Part shown: one piece after another, positions 16,713 to 25,678 of the stretch | Position numbering within the stretch: the stretch's first letter is position 1 | Layout of the letters: each line of letters opens with the position of its first letter | From: a virus | Length of the DNA: 40,194 bases | Strand: one strand, 5' to 3' | UHGV virus genome: UHGV-0127942 | Translations under genes and position numbers: made by a program | The notes under the pieces: model-generated | Told to the model about the DNA's origin: nothing | The model's database searches: none | What the model saw: only the letters and a program-made list of their open reading frames with translations

Positions 16713-18392
16713 ATGGCGGAAACAACTAAAGAGCGATTGAACAAACAGTTCGCACAACTTGAAAGCGAGCGTCAGTCGTTCGAGCCGCACTGGCGCGAGT
16801 TGAGTGATTACATCAACCCGCGTGGTTCCCGCTTTCTGACTTCTGAGGTCAACCGTAACGATCGACGCAATACACGCATTATTGATTCGACCGGGACTAT
16901 GGCGGCGCGCACTCTCGCCAGCGGCATGATGTCAGGCATCACAAGCCCCGCGCGTCCGTGGTTTCGCCTGGCTACGCCAGATCCTGAAATGATGGATTAT
17001 GGCCCTGTTAAGTTGTGGCTTGAGGCGGTGCAGAACCGCATGAACGATATGTTCAATAAGTCGAATCTCTATCAGTCGCTGCCGCAGTTATACGGAAGCC
17101 TCGGCACATACAGCACCGGTGCAATGGCGGTACTGGAGGATGACGAGGACATCATTCGCACAATGCCATTCCCGATAGGCAGTTACTACCTGGCTAACTC
17201 ACCTCGTGGCAGTGTGGACACCTGTTTTCGCAAGTTCTCTATGACTGTTCGTCAGCTTGTTCAGGAGTTCGGGCTAAATAACGTCAGCGAATCCGTAAAA
17301 AGCATGTGGGAAAGCGGTACCTACGAGAAGTGGATTGAAGTGATGCATTCGGTTTACCCGAACATTGACCGCGATACATCGAAGCTGGATAGCAAGAACA
17401 AGCCATTCAAATCGGTTTATTACGAGGTTGGTGGCGATAACGACAAGTTGTTGCGTGAGTCAGGATTCGATGAGTTTCCAATTATGGCTCCGCGCTGGGA
17501 AGTTAACGGCGAAGATGTTTATGGATCATCATGCCCGGGTATGCTGGCGCTTGGACCTGTTAAGGCATTGCAGCTTCTCCAGAAGCGCAAGTCGCAGTTG
17601 ATTGATAAAGCCACCAATCCGCCGATGGTTGCTCCGACTTCCCTCAAGAATCAGCGCGCCTCCCTTCTTCCTGGCGACATCACGTATATCGATCAGATTA
17701 CTGGTCAGGATGGTTTCAGGCCTGCTTATCTGGTTAACCCTAGTACAGCAGATCTGGTGGCAGACATTCAGGACACTCGCCAAATCATTAACAGCGCCTA
17801 CTTTGTCGATCTGTTCATGATGTTGCAGAACATCAATACCCGCTCGATGCCTGTTGAAGCGGTGATCGAAATGAAAGAAGAAAAACTTCTGATGTTGGGG
17901 CCGGTTCTGGAGCGTCTGAACGACGAATGTCTTAATCCTCTCATTGACCGCGCTTTCTCGATGATGGTGCGTAAAAACATGCTGCCGCCACCGCCTGACG
18001 CGATGGAAGGTATGCCCCTGAAGGTCGAATACATTTCTGTCATGGCTCAGGCGCAGAAGTCTATCGGCCTGTCCAGTCTGGCGTCCACGGTTAACTTCAT
18101 TGGTCAACTTGCGCAAGCGAAACCAGAAGCTCTCGACAAACTCAACGTTGATCAGGCGATCGATGCATTCGCTGATATGTCCGGAGTGTCTCCAACCGTC
18201 ATTGTTCCGCAGGAACAGGTTGAGCAGGCTCGCCAGCAACGGGCACAGCAACAACAGCAGCAACAAATGATGGCGATGGGGATGGCGGCGGCACAGGGTG
18301 CCAAGACGCTAAGCGAAGCTAAAACTTCGGATCCGAGTGTTTTGTCAGCTATGGCGAATGCAGTTAGTGGTCAGGGTGGGCAATCACAATGA
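16713..18392 (+). CDS. Portal (head-to-tail connector) protein, T7 gp8-like
   Basis: 559 aa; C-terminal QQRAQQQQQQQMMAMGMAAAQGA tail resembles the T7 gp8 C-terminus (QQKMAQQSMQMGMDNGAAALAQGMAAQA) as I recall it. Confidence 0.8.
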   Translation: MAETTKERLNKQFAQLESERQSFEPHWRELSDYINPRGSRFLTSEVNRNDRRNTRIIDSTGTMAARTLASGMMSGITSPARPWFRLATPDPEMMDYGPVKLWLEAVQNRMNDMFNKSNLYQSLPQLYGSLGTYSTGAMAVLEDDEDIIRTMPFPIGSYYLANSPRGSVDTCFRKFSMTVRQLVQEFGLNNVSESVKSMWESGTYEKWIEVMHSVYPNIDRDTSKLDSKNKPFKSVYYEVGGDNDKLLRESGFDEFPIMAPRWEVNGEDVYGSSCPGMLALGPVKALQLLQKRKSQLIDKATNPPMVAPTSLKNQRASLLPGDITYIDQITGQDGFRPAYLVNPSTADLVADIQDTRQIINSAYFVDLFMMLQNINTRSMPVEAVIEMKEEKLLMLGPVLERLNDECLNPLIDRAFSMMVRKNMLPPPPDAMEGMPLKVEYISVMAQAQKSIGLSSLASTVNFIGQLAQAKPEALDKLNVDQAIDAFADMSGVSPTVIVPQEQVEQARQQRAQQQQQQQMMAMGMAAAQGAKTLSEAKTSDPSVLSAMANAVSGQGGQSQ

Positions 18393-18685
18393 CAGATTAC
18401 GAAGACGATCAACTGAAAGAAGAAAACACCCGTAAGCAACGTGACATGGCACAGCGTGAAATTGATGACATTCGCTTTGTCATGAGCAGTGAACAGGGGC
18501 GTCGCGTTGTCTGGTCTGTGCTGGAGAAAGGCCGGGTGTTTTCCGCTATCTCTCCGATGGATGCTATGGCAATGGCATTTAATGAGGGGCAACGCAATCT
18601 GGCGCTGGAACTGTTTCAGCGCGTTATGGCGCATTGCCCTGAACAGTATTTGAAGATGGCCAAAGAGGCCAGTGAACAGGAGTGA
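18389..18685 (+). CDS. Hypothetical protein
   Basis: 98 aa; ATGA overlap with portal. Confidence 0.5.
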   Translation: MTDYEDDQLKEENTRKQRDMAQREIDDIRFVMSSEQGRRVVWSVLEKGRVFSAISPMDAMAMAFNEGQRNLALELFQRVMAHCPEQYLKMAKEASEQE

Positions 18686-18687
18686 TC

Positions 18688-19383
18688 ATGAATTTATTTG
18701 AGCGTTTGCTGTATCGCCGTCTTTGCAATGAGCAACCAGTCGATGGTGGAGCAGCTCCGGCTGCGTCAGAACCGTCAGCGCCTGCAGGTGATAACCCTGC
18801 TCCAGTTGGTGATCCATCACAACAGGAAGGTGATAAGCCACAACCTGTTGCTGATGGCGATAAACCTGCTGATGACAAAAAGCCTGAAAACGATAAGCAG
18901 GATGAAAAAAAGGACGGCGATAAACCAGAGGGTGCGCCTGAGAAGTACGAGTTTCAGGCTGCCGAAGGCGTAGAGCTGGATACAGAAGCGTTGAAGGAAT
19001 TCGAGCCGGTGGCGCGAGAACTTAACCTGACCAACGAGCAAGCGCAAAAGCTGGTTGATGCTTATCCGAAGATTCTGGCAGGTGTTCAGCAGCGCCAGGC
19101 AGAAGCCTGGCAGAAAACAACCGAGCAGTGGGCTGCGGATGTAAAAGCTGACAAAGAAATCGGTGGCGACAAGTTGATTTCTAACCTTAGCGCCGCACAG
19201 CGTGCGCTTGACCAGTTCGGGACACCTGAACTCAAAGAATATCTGAACACCACCGGGCTGGGTAATCACCCTGATCTGGTCAAAACGTTCGTGAAAATCG
19301 GAAAGGCGATGTCTGAAGATGGCATGGTCACCGGTGGTAATGAAGGCCAGCGTAGTGCGGCCGAAGTGCTCTATGGCAAATAA
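18688..19383 (+). CDS. Scaffolding protein (putative)
   Basis: Acidic, low-complexity N-terminal half and coiled-coil-like C-terminal half, between portal and capsid genes; ATG at 18688 after AGGAG. Confidence 0.55.
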   Translation: MNLFERLLYRRLCNEQPVDGGAAPAASEPSAPAGDNPAPVGDPSQQEGDKPQPVADGDKPADDKKPENDKQDEKKDGDKPEGAPEKYEFQAAEGVELDTEALKEFEPVARELNLTNEQAQKLVDAYPKILAGVQQRQAEAWQKTTEQWAADVKADKEIGGDKLISNLSAAQRALDQFGTPELKEYLNTTGLGNHPDLVKTFVKIGKAMSEDGMVTGGNEGQRSAAEVLYGK

Positions 19384-19391
19384 GAGAGGAA

Positions 19392-20384
19392 ATGACAATG
19401 GCTGTTAAAGGCTTAACTGCGCTAACGCTGGCTGACTGGGGTAAGCGCGTCGATCCAAACGGGAAAGTCGATAAGATTATCGAGCTTCTCGGTCAAACTA
19501 ACCCGATCCTTCAGGATATGCCTTTTGTCGAAGGGAACCTTCCTACCGGACACCGAACCACCATTCGTTCTGGTTTACCTTCAGCTACCTGGCGTTTGCT
19601 GAACTATGGCGTACAGCCAAGCAAATCAACAACGGTGCAGGTCACTGATTCCATTGGCATGCTGGAAACCTATGCTGAAGTCGATAAGTCACTGGCTGAT
19701 CTGAACGGCAATACCGCCGAATTCCGCCTGTCTGAAGACCGCGCATTTATTGAAGCGATGAATCAGCAGATGGCGCAGACGCTGTTTTATGGTGATTCCA
19801 GCGTTAACCCTCAGCAGTTTATGGGACTGTCCTCCCGCTATTCCAGCCTGTCTGCGGGTAATGCTCAGAACATCATTGATGCTGGTGGCACGGGTACAGA
19901 TAACACCTCAATCTGGTTAGTGGTGTGGGGCGAAAACACCGTGCATGGCATCTTCCCGAAAGGGCAGAAGGCTGGCATCCAGATGGAAGATAAAGGCCAG
20001 GTGACACTGGAAGATGCTGATGGCGGCAAGTACGAAGGCTATCGCACCCATTATAAATGGGATAACGGACTTGCTCTGCGTGACTGGCGTTATGTTGTTC
20101 GCATTGCAAACATCGATGTCAGCAATCTTTCAGAACCTTCCTCTGCCGCAAATATTGCGAAGTTGATGGTTAAAGCACTGCATCGCATTCCAAACCGTGG
20201 CATGGGCCGCCCGGTGTTCTACATGAACCGCACTGTAGGCCAGGCTCTTGATCTGCAATCTCTGGAGAAAACATCTCTGGCGATCAGCGTAAAAGAGACA
20301 GAAGGCGAGTGGTGGACTTCATTCCGTGGTGTACCAATCCGTGAAACTGATGCGCTTCTGGAAACAGAAGCCCGCGTGGTGTAA
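19392..20384 (+). CDS. Major capsid protein
   Basis: 330 aa immediately after the scaffold gene, strong RBS, followed by a stem-loop; position and size typical of a major capsid protein. Confidence 0.7.
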   Translation: MTMAVKGLTALTLADWGKRVDPNGKVDKIIELLGQTNPILQDMPFVEGNLPTGHRTTIRSGLPSATWRLLNYGVQPSKSTTVQVTDSIGMLETYAEVDKSLADLNGNTAEFRLSEDRAFIEAMNQQMAQTLFYGDSSVNPQQFMGLSSRYSSLSAGNAQNIIDAGGTGTDNTSIWLVVWGENTVHGIFPKGQKAGIQMEDKGQVTLEDADGGKYEGYRTHYKWDNGLALRDWRYVVRIANIDVSNLSEPSSAANIAKLMVKALHRIPNRGMGRPVFYMNRTVGQALDLQSLEKTSLAISVKETEGEWWTSFRGVPIRETDALLETEARVV

Positions 20385-20435
20385 CGCCTGTTATTAACCT
20401 GTGGGTCGTAACAGACCCACTAATGGAGAAAGAAG

Positions 20436-20873
20436 ATGATCACCGACAAACTGTTGATGTTCTCCGAAGCTCAGGCGGTTACGAATACCGCGGCTTCTAC
20501 TGACGTAATCGATCTCGGTCCAATTGACGGAAAACGTCGTGATATCGGCGTGGGTTACCCGCTTGAGTTTTGGGCGCTGGTTAACACAGCCGCCGCGGCA
20601 AGCGGTGATGCAACTGTAAACATCCAGTTGCAGACGAGTGAGAATAACAGCTCATGGACCACTATTTATGATAGTGGCGCACTGGCAAAGACCGCCCTGA
20701 CAGCAGGTAAACGAGTTGTTTCTGCAAAGGTGCCTGCCGGTGTTCAGCGATATCTGCGTGTTAACTACTCCGTCGCAACTGGCCCACTAACGGCTGGCGA
20801 ATTCACTGCTGGTATCAGTCTTGATGTTGATGCCAATACGCCGTATCCGATCCGCTCAAAAGTAACTGGTTAA
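20436..20873 (+). CDS. Hypothetical structural protein (possible capsid decoration)
   Basis: 145 aa, Ala/Thr-rich, directly after the capsid gene. Confidence 0.45.
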   Translation: MITDKLLMFSEAQAVTNTAASTDVIDLGPIDGKRRDIGVGYPLEFWALVNTAAAASGDATVNIQLQTSENNSSWTTIYDSGALAKTALTAGKRVVSAKVPAGVQRYLRVNYSVATGPLTAGEFTAGISLDVDANTPYPIRSKVTG

Positions 20874-20874
20874 G

Positions 20875-21219
20875 GTGATATCGATGTCAGGTGAGAAACC
20901 AAGATACCGCGTTCTGCGCCTCTCTCATATCCATAACACTCTGTGGCCGGAGGGGGCAGAAATCGAATACGAAGGTGAGCCTGGTAGCGCACTGGAACCT
21001 GTTAACGATGCAGCCAGACAGGCAAAAGCAAAGGTAGCAGGAAAGGTGTCTATGGCAGCAACCAGCACCAAAATCATCAACGATGTGTCAGATGATGGTG
21101 AACTGGATAAGCTCCGTGAAGAGTACGAATTGCTCTTTAACGAGAAGCCACACCATAACGCTAAAGCCGAAACGCTCCGCGAGAAGATCGCAGATAAGCG
21201 TAAAGAACTGGGCGTGTAA
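20875..21219 (+). CDS. Hypothetical protein
   Basis: 114 aa; followed by an intrinsic terminator. Confidence 0.45.
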   Translation: MISMSGEKPRYRVLRLSHIHNTLWPEGAEIEYEGEPGSALEPVNDAARQAKAKVAGKVSMAATSTKIINDVSDDGELDKLREEYELLFNEKPHHNAKAETLREKIADKRKELGV

Positions 21220-21236
21220 GCCTCGCGAATCCGACA

Positions 21237-21257
21237 AGGGGCTTCGGCCCCTTTATT
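21237..21257 (+). terminator. Intrinsic terminator within the head/tail operon
   Basis: Hairpin AGGGGC-TTCG-GCCCCT followed by TTATT. Confidence 0.5.
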
Positions 21258-21263
21258 GCAGGA

Positions 21264-21593
21264 GTGTATATGGAACTCGTAAACCTCAAAACCGGCACTG
21301 ACAGCTACCAGGATGAGAGCGGAGAAACCAGAACTCGCGATGAATACCCGTGGGGGCTGTGCATCACTCTTAATAACGACACATTGAATAAGCTGAAGGC
21401 GCAACCTCAGGGCGTCGGAACAGAAGTGATGATAACTGCAAAGGCTGTTATTCGAGGCCTATCTGCCAGAGAAACTGACGATGGTGTTAATCGCAGCGCC
21501 GATCTGCAGATCACTGATATGGCGATCGCTCCTGTTTCCGGGGATGTAGAAAAATCAGCGGCTGAAACCCTGTACGGCAATGGGGGTGAGTAA
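21264..21593 (+). CDS. Hypothetical protein
   Basis: 109 aa; strong RBS. Confidence 0.45.
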   Translation: MYMELVNLKTGTDSYQDESGETRTRDEYPWGLCITLNNDTLNKLKAQPQGVGTEVMITAKAVIRGLSARETDDGVNRSADLQITDMAIAPVSGDVEKSAAETLYGNGGE

Positions 21594-22198
21594 TGGCCTC
21601 TGTAGTAGAGATCTGCAATCGTGCGCTGTCCAATATTGGCAATAGCCGCAGCATTAACAGCCTGACGGAAGCCAGTAAGGAAGCGGGGGAATGTTCGCTG
21701 CACTTTGAGGCCTGCCGTGATGCTGTGCTTTCTGATTTTGACTGGAACTTTGCTACCAAACGCGTGGCGCTTGCAGATACGAGCAATCCACCGCCTGACT
21801 GGGAATATGCGTATCAGTACCCGTCAGATTGTCTGCGCATTACTGAAATTATGCTTCCTGGTGTACGCAATCCAACAGCAGCAATGCGCGTTCAGTACGA
21901 AGTTGGTGCAGACACCAACGGAACAGGAAAGTTGATCTACACAGACCAGCCTCAGGCATGGCTCAAGTATGTCTCTCGCGTTACAGATGTAAACATGTTT
22001 GATGCCATTTTTATGGAGGCGCTGGCCTGGCGTCTTGCGGCAGCCATTAACATGGCGCTGACTGGGAATGCGGATCTCGGTACATTTGCTCTCAATATGT
22101 ACAATCGCGTGATTCTTAGTGCTGGCTCGCATAGCCAGAATGAATCACAGGAACCACAGCCACCGGTTGATGAGTTTACCATTGCGAGGTTGTCCTGA
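21593..22198 (+). CDS. Tail tubular protein A, T7 gp11-like
   Basis: 201 aa; N-terminus ICNRALSNIGNSRSINSL resembles T7 gp11 (VNDILASIGEPPVSTL); size and position match. Confidence 0.55.
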   Translation: MASVVEICNRALSNIGNSRSINSLTEASKEAGECSLHFEACRDAVLSDFDWNFATKRVALADTSNPPPDWEYAYQYPSDCLRITEIMLPGVRNPTAAMRVQYEVGADTNGTGKLIYTDQPQAWLKYVSRVTDVNMFDAIFMEALAWRLAAAINMALTGNADLGTFALNMYNRVILSAGSHSQNESQEPQPPVDEFTIARLS

Positions 22199-24669
22199 TG
22201 GCTATCAGTTGGATCCAGCCCAGCTTTGCCGGTGGTGAGATTGGACCGTCGTTGTACGGGCGTATTGACATGGCGAAGTACCAGGTGGCATTGCGCAAGT
22301 GCGATAACTTTATCGTGCGGCAGTATGGCGGCGTTGAGAATCGACCTGGTACGCGTTTTGTCGGTGCCGCCAAATACCCAAATCGGAAATGCCGTCTGAT
22401 CCCGTTCCAGTTCTCGACGGTTCAGACCTATGCTCTGGAGTTCGGACACCTGTACATGCGCGTTATCAAAGATGGTGCGTTGGTTCTGAACAGCAGCAAT
22501 GTTATTTATGAAATTGCCACGCCATATACTGAAGCCGATCTGTTCCGAATTAAATTCACGCAAAGCGCCGACGTGCTTACGCTGGTTCATCCGGCATACC
22601 CGCCGAAAGAGTTGCGTCGCTATGCGCATGACAACTGGCAACTGGTTGATGTGGTAACGAAGAACGGGCCATTTGAAGATATCAATATTGACGAGTCAGT
22701 GACGGTTTATGCCAGCGCCAGCACCGGGACAATTACGTTAACGGCAAGCGCCTCTATTTTTGGCGCGGAGCAGGTAGGCAAATTGTTCTATCTGGAACAG
22801 CCTGCAGTGGATTCTGTGCCGGTATGGGAAACCAGTAAGAGTACGTCGATTGGCGATATTCGCCGTGCAGACAGTAACTACTATCGCGCCGTTACAGCAG
22901 GCAAAACAGGTACTTTGCGCCCTTCGCATACAGAAGGCACATCATGGGATGGCTGGGGCGGATCCGGTGATGATGATACCGGCATTGAGTGGGAGTATCT
23001 GCACAGTGGTTTTGGCATTGCCCGTATCTCTGCTGCAAATGGAACTACTGCAACTGCCGAGGTGATTTCCTATATCCCTTCGCAGGTAGTTGGCGAGGAT
23101 AATGCCAGCTATAAATGGGCTAAATATGCCTGGAACAGTATTAACGGTTATCCTGGCACTGTTGTTTATTATCAACAACGCCTTTACTTCGCCGCATCGA
23201 CTGCGTTCCCTCAGACTATCTGGGCCAGCCGTACCGGGGATTATAAGGATTTTGGCAAAAGCAATCCTACGCAGGATGACGACAGAATTATCTACACCTA
23301 TGCCGGGCGTCAGGTTAATGAGATCCGTCACCTGATTGATGTTGGTTCGCTGGTGGCGCTGACTTCCGGAGGTGAGTACGTCATCACTGGCGACCAGAAC
23401 AAAGTGCTTACCCCATCATCATTTGCATTCAGCTCTCAGGGATCAAATGGCTCGAGCAATGTCCCACCAATTGCCGTGGCGAATATTGCTCTGTTCGTCC
23501 AGGAGAAAGGCAGTGTTGTCCGTGATCTGGCCTACTCATTCGATGTTGACGGCTATCAGGGGAACGACCTGACCATCCTTGCCAATCATCTTTTTCAGAA
23601 GCACAGCATTGTTGACTGGTGCTTCTCGATTGTCCCTTACTCCAGCGCCTTCTGCATTCGTGATGACGGTAAATTACTGGTGATGACCTATTTGCGTGAT
23701 CAGCAGGTTTTTGCATGGGCACCACAATCCAGTACCGGAAAATATGAAAGTACATGCAGTATCAGCGAAGGCAATGAAGATGCGGTGTATTTCGTCGTTA
23801 ACCGAACCGTTAACGGGCAAACAGTGAGATACATCGAGCGACTGTCCAGCCGTTTATTTACCAGCGATGAAGATGCTTTCTTTGTTGATTCTGGCCTTAG
23901 CTATGATGGAAGAAATACGTCTGACAGAACGATGATCATCACTGGTGGTTCTGGCGAATGGGATTACCGCGCGGAATATACAATCAGTGTTTCTGGTGGT
24001 GCGTACTTCACCAGTAGTGATGTCGGTGCTCAACTACAGTTCCCTTATACCGGAACTGATCCTGATACTGGCGATGAAGTGTCAAAAGAATTACGTTGCG
24101 ACATCATTTCTGTAACCAGCAATACCGCTGTAGTGGTTCGTGCTAACAGGAACGTCCCGCCATCCCTCAGGAATGTGGCCACCACGAACTGGCAGATGGC
24201 GCGCCGGACATTTGGAGGCCTGTCTCATCTTGAAGGCCAGACCGTAAACATTCTCTCTGATGCGAACGTGGAACCACAGAAAGTAGTTTCCGGAGGTGCC
24301 GTCACGCTGGAATCTCCGGGGGCTGTAGTGCACATCGGCCTGCCAATAACTGCTGAATTCGAAACACTGGATATCAACATTAACGGACAGGAAACGCTGC
24401 TGGACAAAAAACAGGTGATCCCATCCGTTACTCTGGTTGTGAATGCCAGTCGCGGCATCTGGGCGACTACGCCTGGCGGTAAATGGTACGAATATCCACA
24501 GCGTGAATTCGAGTTCTACGATGATCCTGTTGATGATGCTACCGGAAAAGTAGAAGTGAAACTGGACAGTAACTGGGGCAAAAACGGACGTGTAAGAATC
24601 CGTCAGCTTGACCCGTTGCCGCTGTCTGTTCTTGCCGTTATTCCTCGCCTTACTGTTGGGGGATTCTGA
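22198..24669 (+). CDS. Tail tubular protein B, T7 gp12-like
   Basis: 823 aa directly after the gp11-like gene with ATGA overlap; size and order match T7 gp12. Confidence 0.6.
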   Translation: MAISWIQPSFAGGEIGPSLYGRIDMAKYQVALRKCDNFIVRQYGGVENRPGTRFVGAAKYPNRKCRLIPFQFSTVQTYALEFGHLYMRVIKDGALVLNSSNVIYEIATPYTEADLFRIKFTQSADVLTLVHPAYPPKELRRYAHDNWQLVDVVTKNGPFEDINIDESVTVYASASTGTITLTASASIFGAEQVGKLFYLEQPAVDSVPVWETSKSTSIGDIRRADSNYYRAVTAGKTGTLRPSHTEGTSWDGWGGSGDDDTGIEWEYLHSGFGIARISAANGTTATAEVISYIPSQVVGEDNASYKWAKYAWNSINGYPGTVVYYQQRLYFAASTAFPQTIWASRTGDYKDFGKSNPTQDDDRIIYTYAGRQVNEIRHLIDVGSLVALTSGGEYVITGDQNKVLTPSSFAFSSQGSNGSSNVPPIAVANIALFVQEKGSVVRDLAYSFDVDGYQGNDLTILANHLFQKHSIVDWCFSIVPYSSAFCIRDDGKLLVMTYLRDQQVFAWAPQSSTGKYESTCSISEGNEDAVYFVVNRTVNGQTVRYIERLSSRLFTSDEDAFFVDSGLSYDGRNTSDRTMIITGGSGEWDYRAEYTISVSGGAYFTSSDVGAQLQFPYTGTDPDTGDEVSKELRCDIISVTSNTAVVVRANRNVPPSLRNVATTNWQMARRTFGGLSHLEGQTVNILSDANVEPQKVVSGGAVTLESPGAVVHIGLPITAEFETLDININGQETLLDKKQVIPSVTLVVNASRGIWATTPGGKWYEYPQREFEFYDDPVDDATGKVEVKLDSNWGKNGRVRIRQLDPLPLSVLAVIPRLTVGGF

Positions 24670-25133
24670 TGATCGACGTTCAAATTATTCCCGCTACAGA
24701 AGAGCATCTTCAGATGATTTTGCCGGATGTTCGTCAGGCTGATATTGACGAACTGTATGCGGTATCGCTGATGACTACCGAAGATGCGCTGCGTGTTGGT
24801 CTTCGCACTGCGACTATGGCCTGGTCAGGATTTGCGAACGGAGAACTGGTAACCATGTTTGGCGTATCTCCGGCGTCAATGATCGGTGGCAATGGTACGC
24901 CCTGGCTGGTAGGAACCAGCCGTATTGAAAAATATCAGAAGACATTTCTTCGCCACTGCCGCCCTGTATTGCAGCAGATGCTGGCAGTTTATCCGCGCCT
25001 GGAAAACTACGTCGACGAGCGAAATCATGTTGCCAAAGCATGGCTGCACTGGCTTGGATTCAGGCTTGAAGAAGCCGCGCCTTATGGTGCTCTTGGTCTT
25101 AATTTCCACAGATTTCACATGGAGAGAAAATAA
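24669..25133 (+). CDS. Internal virion protein (gp13-position)
   Basis: 154 aa; assigned by order and size only. Confidence 0.4.
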   Translation: MIDVQIIPATEEHLQMILPDVRQADIDELYAVSLMTTEDALRVGLRTATMAWSGFANGELVTMFGVSPASMIGGNGTPWLVGTSRIEKYQKTFLRHCRPVLQQMLAVYPRLENYVDERNHVAKAWLHWLGFRLEEAAPYGALGLNFHRFHMERK

Positions 25134-25678
25134 TGTGCGATCCGGTTATTGCTGGTGGCGCAATGCTCGCCATGAGTGGCATTCAGGCATACACCCAGTA
25201 CCAACAGGGAAAGTATGCCTCGAAGGTTGCAGAAGCGAACGCAGATATAGCCACTGCTCAGGCAAATGATGCAATAAACAGAGGTAACGCTGAAGCTGAG
25301 CAACGGCGCAGAGAGACCCGACAGCGGCTTGGTACACAGGCGGCGACAATGGGGGCTACCGGCGCTGATTTATCTACAGGTAACGCGCTGGATATATTTG
25401 ACGACACTGCCCAGTTTGGCGCTCTTGATTCGCTGACGACGGTGAATAACGCGCAACGCGAGGCTTACGGTTATCAGGTTCAGGCTGCCAACTATAAAGC
25501 AGAAGCCAGTTCAGCCCGTAAACAGGGGAATGTGGGAGCAGCAACAACATTGCTCACTGCGCCTCTGAAGGCATACGGTGCGTACCAGATGTTTGGTGGG
25601 ACGTGGAGTCCGTTTACTCAAAGCACTCCTGCGCCAATCGGGGCAGCAGCAGGAACCAGATTACCCGGAGGATTATAA
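25133..25678 (+). CDS. Internal virion protein (gp14-position)
   Basis: 181 aa, Ala/Gln-rich; assigned by order and size. Confidence 0.45.
   Translation: MCDPVIAGGAMLAMSGIQAYTQYQQGKYASKVAEANADIATAQANDAINRGNAEAEQRRRETRQRLGTQAATMGATGADLSTGNALDIFDDTAQFGALDSLTTVNNAQREAYGYQVQAANYKAEASSARKQGNVGAATTLLTAPLKAYGAYQMFGGTWSPFTQSTPAPIGAAAGTRLPGGL

Noticed and set aside
17529-18266. Minus-strand 245-aa ORF inside the portal gene
   Set aside because: Antisense to the portal coding region; its leucine-rich, poly-L start looks like a frame artefact.
20401-20420. Stem-loop GTGGGTC-GTAACA-GACCCAC after the capsid gene as an intrinsic terminator
   Set aside because: No U-tract follows the hairpin, so it is more likely an RNA-stability or attenuator element than a terminator; not called.
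21952-22641. Minus-strand 229-aa ORF across the tail tube A/B junction
   Set aside because: Antisense to two coupled structural genes with no start signals.
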